This document shows positions 1-10,128 of a stretch of DNA of 54,079 bases, piece after piece. Location of the stretch: the NCBI GenBank assembly GCA_029856155.1, contig JAHQWL010000025.1:1-54079 (forward strand). Reading direction: 5' to 3'. Positions within the stretch are counted from its first letter, which is position 1; each line of letters opens with the position of its first letter. Position numbers and translations under genes: made by a program. The notes beneath the pieces are model-generated. The model made no database searches and had not been told where the DNA came from. It worked only from the letters and a program-made list of their open reading frames with translations. The stretch comes from Promethearchaeia archaeon. GTDB lineage: Archaea; Asgardarchaeota; Lokiarchaeia; Sigyniarchaeales; SOKP01.

Positions 1-55
1 ACTGTTAAAAGGATTAAATTATTAGATTCTATTTATATAGAGTTGAAAATATTAG

Positions 56-1540
56 TCATTGAACCTTTTTTCTTTTCTCTTTTATCACTAAATAACCAAT
101 TCCTGTAATTATGAAAATTGTACTTATTCCTATTTGAAGACTAAAAAGAAACCAGGGATCAGGAATGGGGGGACAATGACTAAAATCTGATTCAGTATAA
201 TTGACTACATGTATATCATAATCTCCTTCTCCGTTACAAGGTGAATTTATGGTAGCAACAAAATTAATTGGTGATTCTGCATATATTCCTTTACAAAAAC
301 TATCCCCTTTTGTACAACCACCACCTTCACTCCTTATATGGTTACCTAAATGATCAAAGACTTTTATAGAATAAGTCAGACTTCCAGGTGCGATCATCTC
401 AAGTGATCCTCCAAAATAGATATTTCCTAAGGGATCAAATGCCAATATTTTAGGATATAAATTATTCGTCATTGATATTGTACGATTCCAGTTTAAATTC
501 CCAGTGTTGTTGAAATTCATCAAATAAGTATCGTAATCAGTCATATTATACCCATAAATAATTGCTGATGTATTAATAAGTTCATTCCCTATAACAAAAA
601 CTTTATCAGAAGGATCTACAGCTAAAATTTCAGTACCTCTTAAAACATTTTGTATACATGTTAGATTCCATTCTAGATTGCCACCATTATCAAATTTTGT
701 AAGATAAGTGTCATTGTAGGATCCAAGAGCATACAAATTATCAGAAGAATCTAAAACTAATTGCTCTATTGGTACATACTTACTATATGAGGTATTTAAT
801 AACAAATTACCCGAAGAATTATATTTCAATAAAAACCACTCTGATCCAGTGATATTTGTATTTATACCAAGAAAAATCTGATCCATAGAATCAATTACTA
901 ATGATAAAACTTCTTCAGATGTTTTGTTAGATTCAGTACTCCAAGTACGGTTCCATTGTAAAGATCCAGAGTTATTGTATTTTACAAGAAAAACGTCACA
1001 ATTAGGATAATTCGTCATTCCAGAAATGTATATATTATCTAGGGAATCAACGGTTATTCCACTGCTAGAAACCAATCCATTCCCGCTCCATATAGTAGAC
1101 CATTCTAATGTAAGATTATTTTTATATTTTAACAAAAACACGTCTTTTACCCCTGGTAAATGACCCGTGCTAGAACCCGTGATGAATATGTTTTCATCTG
1201 AATCTAAAACCATTCCACCAAATTCTTGCTGCATTACATCTCCCCACGTAGCGTTATAGCTAAAAGTTTCATTTATCTTAACTATAAATATATCATTAAA
1301 AGTTTCACTATAACTCCATATTTCACCCGCGATAAAAAAATCGCCCGAAGAATCTATAGTCATATCAGACATTATTTCTTGATTACTTCCACCCCAAGTC
1401 TTTACCCAATCAATTGGAGGAGCAACAATGCATGAATACATTATAGAAAAAGGCATAAGAATAAAACCGGTTACTACTTCCGAAACTATTACTATGATAA
1501 TAATGCGAGAAATAAAATACTTCCTTCTGCTATTTATAAT
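56..1540 (-). CDS. Membrane-anchored beta-propeller protein (SBBP-like repeats); N-terminus probably extends upstream of the ATG at 1456
   Basis: Repeated 'D-S-x-D/G-N-I-F/Y-I-x-G ... D-V-F-L-x-K-Y-N-x-x-G-x-L-x-W' blades and a C-terminal TM helix with a basic tail. The frame stays open to 1564 and encodes a signal-anchor-like stretch (RRKYFISRIIIIVIVSEVVTGFIL) with no ATG/GTG/TTG, so the start shown is tentative. Confidence 0.8.
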   Translation of the reverse strand: MINSRRKYFISRIIIIVIVSEVVTGFILMPFSIMYSCIVAPPIDWVKTWGGSNQEIMSDMTIDSSGDFFIAGEIWSYSETFNDIFIVKINETFSYNATWGDVMQQEFGGMVLDSDENIFITGSSTGHLPGVKDVFLLKYKNNLTLEWSTIWSGNGLVSSSGITVDSLDNIYISGMTNYPNCDVFLVKYNNSGSLQWNRTWSTESNKTSEEVLSLVIDSMDQIFLGINTNITGSEWFLLKYNSSGNLLLNTSYSKYVPIEQLVLDSSDNLYALGSYNDTYLTKFDNGGNLEWNLTCIQNVLRGTEILAVDPSDKVFVIGNELINTSAIIYGYNMTDYDTYLMNFNNTGNLNWNRTISMTNNLYPKILAFDPLGNIYFGGSLEMIAPGSLTYSIKVFDHLGNHIRSEGGGCTKGDSFCKGIYAESPINFVATINSPCNGEGDYDIHVVNYTESDFSHCPPIPDPWFLFSLQIGISTIFIITGIGYLVIKEKRKKVQ

Positions 1541-1695
1541 TCCATCCCTAGTTTTCGAATTGAATTACTTTTAAAACTAAAAGTAAAAATTCTATATATA
1601 CATTAGTGTATACAATCAGATATAATTGAATATCCAGAATAAAGTATTTAATCAATTATTATATTGAGAAATTGAAGCTCTCCAAATAAGATACG

Positions 1696-2190
1696 TTACT
1701 CAATCTGCTTAGGTGTTTTTATATCCAGTATAAATTGGAGTAAAAAGAATGTAATAATTATAATTAAAATTCCTACTACTAAAATCCAGTCTGCAAATTT
1801 TTTATTATAGACGTATTTTGATGCGTAGTAAAGAATTATAAACCCAAAAGAACTTAAGAGCAACAAAATTGAAGCTACAATGCTTTCAATAATAAAAGCA
1901 TCATGAATATTTTCAGGAATTATGAATATTGGTTTATTTTCACCATCTACACCAAACGCGGGGGGTTTTCTAACAATCAAATATACTATCCCTGTTTGAA
2001 GAATAAATAGAATTATGTATAAAGCAATAATGCTTAATGCCCGAAATGGCATCGGAATAGATAACCTTCGAAATTTGATTTTGGGAAAAAGTATTTTCGG
2101 TTTCCTTAATTTATTTCCAAAAATCCATGGTGTTTTTCTTTTAATTTTTTCTGAAACTGTTTCAGACCCAGATAATTCTTGATCTCGCAA
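1696..2190 (-). CDS. Oligosaccharyltransferase subunit OSTC/DC2 (OST3/OST6-family TM module) homologue
   Basis: Three TM helices. The motifs 'TGIVYLIVRKPPAFG', 'FIIESIVASILLLLSSFGFIIL' and the C-terminal 'IKTP' match the eukaryotic DC2 pattern (GGIIYDVIVEPPSVG / [22 protein letters not shown] / MKLP), recalled from memory. Confidence 0.8.
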   Translation of the reverse strand: MRDQELSGSETVSEKIKRKTPWIFGNKLRKPKILFPKIKFRRLSIPMPFRALSIIALYIILFILQTGIVYLIVRKPPAFGVDGENKPIFIIPENIHDAFIIESIVASILLLLSSFGFIILYYASKYVYNKKFADWILVVGILIIIITFFLLQFILDIKTPKQIE

Positions 2191-2217
2191 TATAAATTTC
2201 GTTTTGAGAATTTTTAA

Positions 2218-2277
2218 GTTGATTTAAATTTCGGATATCTATAATGAGTTTATTCTTACCGTTTTATTTAAATCAAC
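2218..2277. promoter_or_regulatory. Perfect 12-bp inverted repeat in a divergent intergenic region
   Basis: GTTGATTTAAAT (2218-2229) and ATTTAAATCAAC (2266-2277), 36-nt spacer. Confidence 0.4.
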
Positions 2278-2484
2278 CAAGATAAAAAACGAATATATTC
2301 ACTTTTTGGATTGATCATTTTATATAAAAGAGGATTAAAATGTCACTAAAGAATGAAAATTATTGAATTCTTTATTGATTTTTTTGACAAAAAAGAATTT
2401 TTTTGAATATATTTATAAAACAAAAAGGTTGAAACATTATTTAAAAAAATCCGATTGTATTAATTTCAGAAGTTTGATGCGAAT

Positions 2485-3528
2485 ATGAAGAAAAGAACTA
2501 ATATTAATCTCATAATTTTATTATTAATAATTTTAAGTTTTATATCAATTCTCAATTATATTAAATCACTTGAAATTGAAAATATTGAAAATCAAAAAGT
2601 AGATTATAATACTGATGATTTTCTTTTTGAAAATATTTATTCTTTAGATACTCATTATGAATTAATTTGGACTCCCTCTGTTAAAGACGTTCCAAAGAAT
2701 GATTTTAATTGTCACTTTAAGGAGCTCTCAGGAAACTACAAAAATTTCATTTATATAATTATTTCTGGTACAATTTTTTCTTTAAAATTATCTGAACTAT
2801 TTACTAATTTTTCAATACAGGAAACATCACAAAAATGTATTCCTCGAGATATAGAAGGAGTTAATTTAACTAAGGTTGAAAGGAAAATCTTTGAAATAGT
2901 TCAAGACTTTCTTAATTCTAATCGGGTATTCAACAACGAAAAGGCAGCATTGTACGTTAAATCAAGATATAAGATCAATGGTAATTTAAATTATAATGGA
3001 ATAAGAATAGTAATTGATTCCCTTATTAAAAAGAATATAATTGTTGAAGGATCAAAATTCACAAGAAAATCTGTATTACTTAATTCAAATAGAAATCAGA
3101 TTTTTAATTTGATTAAACAAAATCCTGGAGTTTATAAGAATATAATATCGAAAAAACTTAAAATAACTCCCTATGTAGTTAATTGGCATCTATCAATGTT
3201 GAAAAAATTTCATTTAATCAGGGAACAAAATTTCGGGAATCAAATCAGCTATTTTGTATTCTCTATGAGTTCAAAAAATGATTTAATCTTCCATACGATT
3301 TCTAAGGATAAATGTAGGAGAATTATTGAATTTCTGAAGAAAAATGAAAAAGGCTGTTCGAAGTATCAAATTGTTAAAGTACTACGAATGCACTATAATA
3401 CTATTACTAAATATCTTAATAAACTAGAGAAATTTAACCTATTGATTAGAAGGAAGGGTTTAAATAAAGATTATTTATTTCTGAATGATGCTAACTTCAA
3501 AAAATTAACAACCAAAGAAAACAATTGA
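2485..3528 (+). CDS. Membrane-anchored winged-helix transcriptional regulator (tandem ArsR/MarR-like wHTH)
   Basis: N-terminal hydrophobic segments; wHTH repeats 'NRNQIFNLIKQNPGV...VVNWHLSMLKKFHLI' and 'RRIIEFLKK...HYNTITKYLNKLEKFNLL'. Confidence 0.8.
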   Translation: MKKRTNINLIILLLIILSFISILNYIKSLEIENIENQKVDYNTDDFLFENIYSLDTHYELIWTPSVKDVPKNDFNCHFKELSGNYKNFIYIIISGTIFSLKLSELFTNFSIQETSQKCIPRDIEGVNLTKVERKIFEIVQDFLNSNRVFNNEKAALYVKSRYKINGNLNYNGIRIVIDSLIKKNIIVEGSKFTRKSVLLNSNRNQIFNLIKQNPGVYKNIISKKLKITPYVVNWHLSMLKKFHLIREQNFGNQISYFVFSMSSKNDLIFHTISKDKCRRIIEFLKKNEKGCSKYQIVKVLRMHYNTITKYLNKLEKFNLLIRRKGLNKDYLFLNDANFKKLTTKENN

Positions 3529-3743
3529 GGTTTTAAAATCTTAATTTCCCTTTTTATTTTACGTATTAAAACATAAATAAAACTCATAACAAAGAATTAA
3601 ATTTCTTTAATATCTTCTTTGAACTAGCTATAAAATTCATCTTATAGTCATAAACACATAGTTATAAATCTGTCACAGATAAGACCACTTTAGTTTTAAT
3701 ATTTAGATATATAACTCAAATAAAAGAGGGATAATGATAATTT

Positions 3744-4856
3744 ATGGAATCTGATGGAAGATACAGAGAAATTATTGAAAATATTGAGGATGGATACTTT
3801 GAAGTTGATTTACAAGGAAATTATACTTATGTTAACAATTATATTTGTAGATACTTAGGAATTCCTAGAGAACAGTTATTAGGAAGGAGTTATAAAGTAG
3901 CAGTAGATAAAGATTCTAAAAAAGAGGTATTTGAAATCTTTAATAATTTATACAAAAATAATCTTCCAAAAGGGACTTTTGAAAGTCAAGTTATAAGAAG
4001 TGATGGAGAAATACGTACTTTTGAAGGATCTTTTTATTTAAGATATAAAAATAGTGGAGAAAAGGTTGGTTTTTATGGATTTACTCGAGATATTACTGAG
4101 AAGAAAGAAGCAGAAAAGAAATTAAAACAATCAGAGAAACAGCTTCGTGAAGCATATGATCGAGCTGAACTCTATAAAGATTTATTTTATCATGATATCA
4201 ATAACATACTTACTAATATAAACATCGCAATAGAACTTAGTGAAAAATACTTAATTGAGCAACAAAAAGAAAGTGAGATTAACGAGTATTATGACATAAT
4301 TAAGAATCAACTCGCAAGAGGAGCAAAAATGGTTGCTAATGTCCAAAAATTGTCTTCTTTAGATAATTCAGAGATGTCTATTAAAGTCATCAATGCTATC
4401 AAATTTCTTAAAGACGCAGTAAATTTTATCTTAGTTAACAAGAAAGTAAGAGAGATTGATATTGTTATTGATTCATTTCAAGATGATATTTTCGTCCAAG
4501 TTAATGATCTGTTAAATGATGTTTTTGAAAATTTATTAATTAATGCAGTAACTTATAATGATAAGCCCAAAGTAGAGATTCTCATAAAAATTTCTAAAGA
4601 AATACAGAAAAACATAAAATTCATTAAATTTGAATTTAGAGATAATGGTATTGGGATTTCTGATGAAATAAAACAAACAATTTTTATAAAAAGATTCAAC
4701 AAAGAAAAAGGTTCAAGGGGAATGGGATTTGGATTAACTCTCGTGAAAAAAATTATAGAAAGTTATAAAGGTAAAATCTGGGTTGAAGATAGAGTTAAAG
4801 GAACTTACTCCGAAGGAAGTAATTTTATCGTTCTAATCCCTGAAGCTGTGAATTAG
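3744..4856 (+). CDS. PAS-domain sensor histidine kinase
   Basis: PAS/PAC domain (ends 'GFTRDITE'), H-box 'FYHDINNIL', N-box 'ENLLINAV', G1 'DNGIGI', G2 'GMGFGL'. Confidence 0.93.
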   Translation: MESDGRYREIIENIEDGYFEVDLQGNYTYVNNYICRYLGIPREQLLGRSYKVAVDKDSKKEVFEIFNNLYKNNLPKGTFESQVIRSDGEIRTFEGSFYLRYKNSGEKVGFYGFTRDITEKKEAEKKLKQSEKQLREAYDRAELYKDLFYHDINNILTNINIAIELSEKYLIEQQKESEINEYYDIIKNQLARGAKMVANVQKLSSLDNSEMSIKVINAIKFLKDAVNFILVNKKVREIDIVIDSFQDDIFVQVNDLLNDVFENLLINAVTYNDKPKVEILIKISKEIQKNIKFIKFEFRDNGIGISDEIKQTIFIKRFNKEKGSRGMGFGLTLVKKIIESYKGKIWVEDRVKGTYSEGSNFIVLIPEAVN

Positions 4857-4934
4857 ATTAATTAATTTTATATTGTATGATATTAAATGACTTATCTTAA
4901 ATAAATCTCTTCAAATAGAAGGGAAGAATAAAAT

Positions 4935-6599
4935 TTAATCAACTCTTCTCAAGAGATTCTTATCAATTGATATTTTGTAAGAATCATAAAAAACAGAGGA
5001 ATACTTTTGGTAAAATTCCTTTTTTTTGGACAGAATAAAATCTTTTTCTTTTACGTCAACTTTTCCATTAGACCAAAAAATTGAACCATTATGACTGAAG
5101 TTGAACTTATTTTGTTTTTTAACAATTTTCCCTGATTTTATAACATATTCAATATTTTGTAATACATTTCTTAATGTATTATAGTCTTTAGAGAGATCTA
5201 TTTCATTAATATTCATATCTAAGATATTTAGATCGCCATCTGCATCTAAACCAAGATTTCCTTTGATATTTGATAAACCTAAGGATTTTGCTGGACTCGT
5301 TCTTGTTAAACATATTAATTCTGAAAAACTCAGTGTTTTATCATCATTGGTTAAAGGATGGTTTTCAAGGAAATCTTTACTCATATCTTGCATAAAATTA
5401 TCGCGAGCTTTCTTACTAACTAACCAAGTCACAATTTCAGGAATATCAGAAACATTAGCATAATTGGGAAAATTTAAAGAAAAACTAACTTGGAATTTAT
5501 TTTTAATATTTAATGCTAAATAGATAGCATTAGCCCATAAGTTACAATTAACATAATTACTTTTGTTGAAATTTCTCATTGAAATAAAATAATCTCCTTC
5601 AAATTCTATAGCTGAACTAATTAATTTGTGCGGATTATCGATTATGTCAGCTGTTAACATCGAATGTATAAGTCTTCTATCTGAAGTTATTAATGGATTA
5701 ATTGGATTGAAGTTTAAAAATGCGAGATCAACATCAAAATCTTGATTCTCATGCAAAAAATTAATTAAATTCTCATTATTCCCATCATGGTTATATGTAT
5801 TAGCATGGGCAATATGAAAAATTTGATCTCTTCTTAGATTTTGATTGGGTTTTAGATTTAATGATTTTAACTTTTCTAAAATAATAAAGAGATTATTTTT
5901 ACCTACTTCATTTTCATAACCTTCAATATGGGCATGAAGGGAATGTGGCATTCCAAGTCTTTCATTACATCTAAGCAAATTTTCATAAACATCTAAAGGT
6001 GAGAAATTGTACAATCGCCCTTGTTGTGTTAAATCATCCCTTAGTTCTCTGAAGTTCCATGTTTCGTTTTCGAATGGATTATAGACTTTCAAACCAAAAC
6101 TATATGTTTTCGATAAAAGATCGGAGAGAAATATTGCCATCTCATCAATCTTTTTTCTCTGAAATTCTAATTCTAGTGGCCATAGATTACTTACATTTAA
6201 TAACATAGCTTTATCGAGTACTGGCAATTGTTTAAAATTAAATATTGTTTCTTTCGCTAAAGAGGGAAAAACATTAGCTTCAAGAATAAATGTGTATCCA
6301 TTTGATATGTAATTTCTTGCAATGTTTTCTAATGTCAATCCCTGCCAATTCTCTTGAAATACTTTATTATTTGAAGCTAATAATCTTGCCCAATTAGTTT
6401 GTTGAGAAGCTACGTGTGTATGAATATCTAGAGCTGCAGGGATAACAGTTTTATTTTTTATATCTATCTCTTTAACATTAGTTTCACTACTGAATTTTTC
6501 TACAATTTTACCAGATTCTATTAAAATATCTTTAATTTCTCCATTAATATTATTAATAGGATCAAAAACTACACCATTTTTGATAATTAGTCTCTCCAT
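4935..6599 (-). CDS. fwdA: Formylmethanofuran dehydrogenase subunit A-like amidohydrolase (divergent)
   Basis: 'LIIKNGVVFDPIN', 'DIHTHVA', 'GYTFILEA', 'GLKVYNP', 'HSLHAH', 'TRTSPAKSLGL..KGNLG..ADGD'; clustered with fwdB/D/G-like genes. Confidence 0.85.
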   Translation of the reverse strand: MERLIIKNGVVFDPINNINGEIKDILIESGKIVEKFSSETNVKEIDIKNKTVIPAALDIHTHVASQQTNWARLLASNNKVFQENWQGLTLENIARNYISNGYTFILEANVFPSLAKETIFNFKQLPVLDKAMLLNVSNLWPLELEFQRKKIDEMAIFLSDLLSKTYSFGLKVYNPFENETWNFRELRDDLTQQGRLYNFSPLDVYENLLRCNERLGMPHSLHAHIEGYENEVGKNNLFIILEKLKSLNLKPNQNLRRDQIFHIAHANTYNHDGNNENLINFLHENQDFDVDLAFLNFNPINPLITSDRRLIHSMLTADIIDNPHKLISSAIEFEGDYFISMRNFNKSNYVNCNLWANAIYLALNIKNKFQVSFSLNFPNYANVSDIPEIVTWLVSKKARDNFMQDMSKDFLENHPLTNDDKTLSFSELICLTRTSPAKSLGLSNIKGNLGLDADGDLNILDMNINEIDLSKDYNTLRNVLQNIEYVIKSGKIVKKQNKFNFSHNGSIFWSNGKVDVKEKDFILSKKKEFYQKYSSVFYDSYKISIDKNLLRRVD

Positions 6600-6616
6600 T
6601 TTTTATATTCCCGTGT

Positions 6617-6991
6617 TTATCTTTCTTTAATTGATTTTAATAAAACTTTTACATTCTTTATTGAATCTCTCGATATTTCCACATTTACCTTTATATTTTT
6701 AAAAATTGCCTCGTTATTCTCTAATCCAGTAATTTGATTGGCCCAAATAGAGACAGGCATGTTGATCATTCCTAATGGAACATTTTCATCTTGAATTGGT
6801 TTTATAATAACACTACCATATTTATTACTTATTTTTAAATTAACATTCGTAGTAAGACTTAGATTTTTAAAATCCTCTGGATTTAGTAAACCAATCGCCA
6901 AATGTTCTGTAAGAGAATTATCATCTCCAAAAGAATACTCCTTTGCTTGATCATAATCCATTATTCTAATTGTGTTTAATATCATTTCCAT
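6617..6991 (-). CDS. fwdD: Formylmethanofuran dehydrogenase subunit D-like (molybdopterin dinucleotide-binding fold)
   Basis: 'LNPEDF..L...VNLKISNKYGSVII...VPLGMINMP..IWAN...FKNIKVNVE'. Start moved from 7015 to the ATG at 6991, which follows GGAGG. Confidence 0.8.
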   Translation of the reverse strand: MEMILNTIRIMDYDQAKEYSFGDDNSLTEHLAIGLLNPEDFKNLSLTTNVNLKISNKYGSVIIKPIQDENVPLGMINMPVSIWANQITGLENNEAIFKNIKVNVEISRDSIKNVKVLLKSIKER

Positions 6992-6995
6992 AAAA

Positions 6996-8300
6996 TCAAT
7001 CCTCCTGTAATCCATTCATAATTTTTATTAGTATTTCTTCATCAGAAAGAATGTTATTAGGAGAACTCACAATTTTTTTTAATTCAATTGGAATATGATC
7101 CAAGCGATAGGCTAATCCTCCGCTTTCAATCCCAGTGATCGCTGAAGGTATTATTATATCTGCTACATAGGAGGTTGCAGATCGTTTATTATCAATAACT
7201 ATTAAAGGCTTTGCCATTAATTTATTACTCAATTGCCAAGGTAAGTGTGAAATTGGATCTGTTCCTACAATTATAGAACAATCAAAATCTTCTTTCTCAA
7301 TTTTTGAGATTATAGTTTCCGTTGATTCACTTAATTGATTATTTTCAAATAATAAGCTATGGTTTTTACCACATATAGATAATGCAACATGGTCAAAACC
7401 GGCCATATTAAAATGACCGCCTAACATAATAACAGAAATACGACCTTTTTGTTGCTTAACATTTATTAATTGCACTAACTCAAGTAACTCTTTAATTAAA
7501 TTAGCACTATTTTCATTACTTATAATTCCTTGACCAATAAAGATTATTCCATTTTCAGCACCAGTCAAATGGAGCAATAATCTTTTTAGATCATCTTTAT
7601 CAATACCCGCGATGCCAGTTTTTGGAATACTGTCTGCTACACAACATTCCTCTTTTAAAACACGGATTAAGTCAATATCCTTTCCTGATTCTATCTGAAG
7701 TGCTATATCTCGTACTCCCATTACTCCAAAAGAAGCGGTTTTAACTGGATCTATTGCTATTAGAGTTTTGATTTCTCGACCAGTCATTCTAAACTTTCCA
7801 CGTGAAAAAAGGACCTTATTTAATAGGCGTGGTATTGATTCTGCTGCATTAGCTCCCCATAATATTAACAGATCTGCCTTATTTATAATTTCTGCAATTG
7901 TTGTTAGTGTTATTCCAGTTTCTTTTGAAGTATTCAAGATTTTCCCTTGACAGATTATAGAATTAGAATCTATAAAGCCATTAATGGTTCTTGCAAGCTC
8001 AATGCCTTTTAATTGAGCTTCACAACTTACAGTCGAAAAACCATATAAAAGAGGTTTAGAGGAGTTTTTAATAAGATTAATGGTTTTTTCTATGGCTTCA
8101 TCCAATGATACTTCCTCTAATTCACCATTTTTTCTAATCAGAGGATTCAAGATACGATTCTTTGCTGTTAACTGGTCAAATCTTTCTTTTCCTTTCAAAC
8201 AGGCTCCAATAACCTCATCAATATATAATCCATCACTTTTAATGATAATATCATCACATAAAAGTGAACAACCTGAGCATATAACGCGGTCACTAACCAT
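6996..8300 (-). CDS. fwdB: Formylmethanofuran dehydrogenase subunit B-like (divergent)
   Basis: N-terminal CxxCxxxCDD...C [4Fe-4S] motif, 'PLLYGFSTVSCEAQ', 'ADLLILWGAN', 'GHFNMAGF', 'VGTDPISHLP', 'GIESGGLAYRLDHIPI'. Confidence 0.9.
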   Translation of the reverse strand: MVSDRVICSGCSLLCDDIIIKSDGLYIDEVIGACLKGKERFDQLTAKNRILNPLIRKNGELEEVSLDEAIEKTINLIKNSSKPLLYGFSTVSCEAQLKGIELARTINGFIDSNSIICQGKILNTSKETGITLTTIAEIINKADLLILWGANAAESIPRLLNKVLFSRGKFRMTGREIKTLIAIDPVKTASFGVMGVRDIALQIESGKDIDLIRVLKEECCVADSIPKTGIAGIDKDDLKRLLLHLTGAENGIIFIGQGIISNENSANLIKELLELVQLINVKQQKGRISVIMLGGHFNMAGFDHVALSICGKNHSLLFENNQLSESTETIISKIEKEDFDCSIIVGTDPISHLPWQLSNKLMAKPLIVIDNKRSATSYVADIIIPSAITGIESGGLAYRLDHIPIELKKIVSSPNNILSDEEILIKIMNGLQED

Positions 8301-8344
8301 TTTTCATGACACTTTTTAAATCAAAATTAATAATATATTAATAA

Positions 8345-8830
8345 TCAAACATAATCAATTTTTATAGCTTCACGAGGACAATACGTCTCGCAAACTCTAC
8401 ATTCTCTTTCTCTACCTTCTGCTTCAATCCTTCGACAATACTTTATAGCTAAAAGTTCACATTTTCCATCCTTAACTTGAAACAGTTGATGTTTTTCGGG
8501 GGGATAATCTGGAGCTTTACCACTTAAGGTTGGAGGGCTATACCTTGCATTAACTGGGCATATAGTCACGCAAATACCACATCCATCACATAATTCTGTA
8601 TCTACATCGATTTTTAGCTCCTTTTCTTTTCCCTCTTCAGAACCTATTAAATCCTTTAAAGCATCATAATTTTTTTTATATTTAGGTTCTAAAAGCGGAG
8701 TACAATCATCAATTTTTACCTTTCCTTGCAATAAATCTAATGCAAAAGCCATACAAGTTGGTTTCCCACACTTTTTGCAGTTGGTTTTAGGTAAAAATTT
8801 ATAGAGCTCCATAAAATTACTTACTGGAAT
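8345..8830 (-). CDS. fwdG: FwdG-like 2[4Fe-4S] ferredoxin with an N-terminal FeS domain
   Basis: 'LPKTNCKKCGKPTCMAFA' FeS domain plus 'CDGCGICVTICPVNA...SGKAP...CRVCETYCPREAI'. First ATG is at 8812; an in-frame ATT at 8830 preceded by AAAGGTG gives MPVSNFMELYKFLP. Confidence 0.8.
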   Translation of the reverse strand: MPVSNFMELYKFLPKTNCKKCGKPTCMAFALDLLQGKVKIDDCTPLLEPKYKKNYDALKDLIGSEEGKEKELKIDVDTELCDGCGICVTICPVNARYSPPTLSGKAPDYPPEKHQLFQVKDGKCELLAIKYCRRIEAEGRERECRVCETYCPREAIKIDYV

Positions 8831-9069
8831 CCAAAAACACCTTTAAAAATTTATTTTTCTTCGCTTTTCAGTAAAGAATAATATTCTGAGATTTATTAAT
8901 TTCTTTAGTTTATGTATTATAAATTTCTCACCATAAGAGTTATAATTATAATTGAAAACTTGGAAAATTTCATAATTTATTAGCGATATAATTAAAGCAA
9001 TTCATTTGTATCACATATTAAATAATAATGAAATAATCATTACTCCATAAAATAAAAGTGATAAGATAT

Positions 9070-9921
9070 ATGTCAGAAGAAGAAATTCCAGATGTAAATT
9101 TAAAAGAAATGATGTTGGATGAGCGAACTAAAAACATTAAAAAGAACATGGAGAAAATAAAACATAAAATTGTTATTATTTCCGGTAAAGGTGGAGTTGG
9201 TAAAACAACAGTAGCAATTAACCTTGCGATGAGTTTAGCTAGCGTAGGATTGAGAGTTGGAATTCTTGATGTAGATATTACAGGTCCGAACGTCATTAAA
9301 ATGCTTGGTGTAAGCTCGGAACTGAAACCAAGAGTAGACAGTGATGCAAAGAGGTTTTATCCTATTGATGGGCCTCTAAAGCTTAAAGTTATGAGTATGG
9401 CATTTTTAACACTAAATCCTGATGAACCCGTAATTTGGAGAGGTCCTATGAAAATGAGTGCAGTAAGACAGTTTTTAGGAGATGCTGAATGGGGTGAACT
9501 CGATTACCTAATATGTGATCTACCTCCTGGAACATCTGATGAGACTTTAGATATTTTACAATTAATACCCGATGAGAATGTTATAATTGTTACTACACCT
9601 CAAGAAGTTGCCTTAATGGATGCGAGAAAAACTATCAAAATGTCTATGGTTATGGAACGAAAAATCCTTGGCATAATAGAGAATATGTCTGGTTTTAATT
9701 GTCCTCATTGTGGAGAATATATCGATTTATATCCTCCAGGTGGTGCGGAAAAAGCTAGTAAAGATTTCAATATTCCCTTAATAGGAAAGATACCTTTTGA
9801 AACTGAAGTTAGTGAACAAGGGGATCAAGGATTACCGTTTATTTTAAAGTATCCTAAAAGTAAATCAGCTAAAGCTTTTAAAGAGACAGTTAATAAAATT
9901 AGAGAAGTTTTAGAAAAATAA
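9070..9921 (+). CDS. mrp: Mrp/NBP35/ApbC Fe-S cluster carrier ATPase
   Basis: 'SGKGGVGKTT', 'LDVDITGP', 'VIWRGP', 'DLPPGTSD', 'ENMSGFNCPHCG'. Start at ATG 9070 or GTG 9058. Confidence 0.95.
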   Translation: MSEEEIPDVNLKEMMLDERTKNIKKNMEKIKHKIVIISGKGGVGKTTVAINLAMSLASVGLRVGILDVDITGPNVIKMLGVSSELKPRVDSDAKRFYPIDGPLKLKVMSMAFLTLNPDEPVIWRGPMKMSAVRQFLGDAEWGELDYLICDLPPGTSDETLDILQLIPDENVIIVTTPQEVALMDARKTIKMSMVMERKILGIIENMSGFNCPHCGEYIDLYPPGGAEKASKDFNIPLIGKIPFETEVSEQGDQGLPFILKYPKSKSAKAFKETVNKIREVLEK

Positions 9922-10128
9922 TAATATAATTTTTTTTTAATAATAACATAATTTATTGTATGTGACACCAACACGAATCTAAAAAACAATATAAACTTGA
10001 TAATCTGGACTAATACCTATTTTCCAGATAATATATCGTATTAATAAAATTATAAATTAGATTCTTTTATTAGCTAAAATTATTTTTATTTACTTAGATT
10101 ACTAATATGATTAATAACAGGGATAATT

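Noticed and set aside
6996-8300. fwdB as a selenoprotein (FwuB-type)
   Set aside because: The metal-ligand position is Cys; its only in-frame TGA is the terminal stop at the expected family length.
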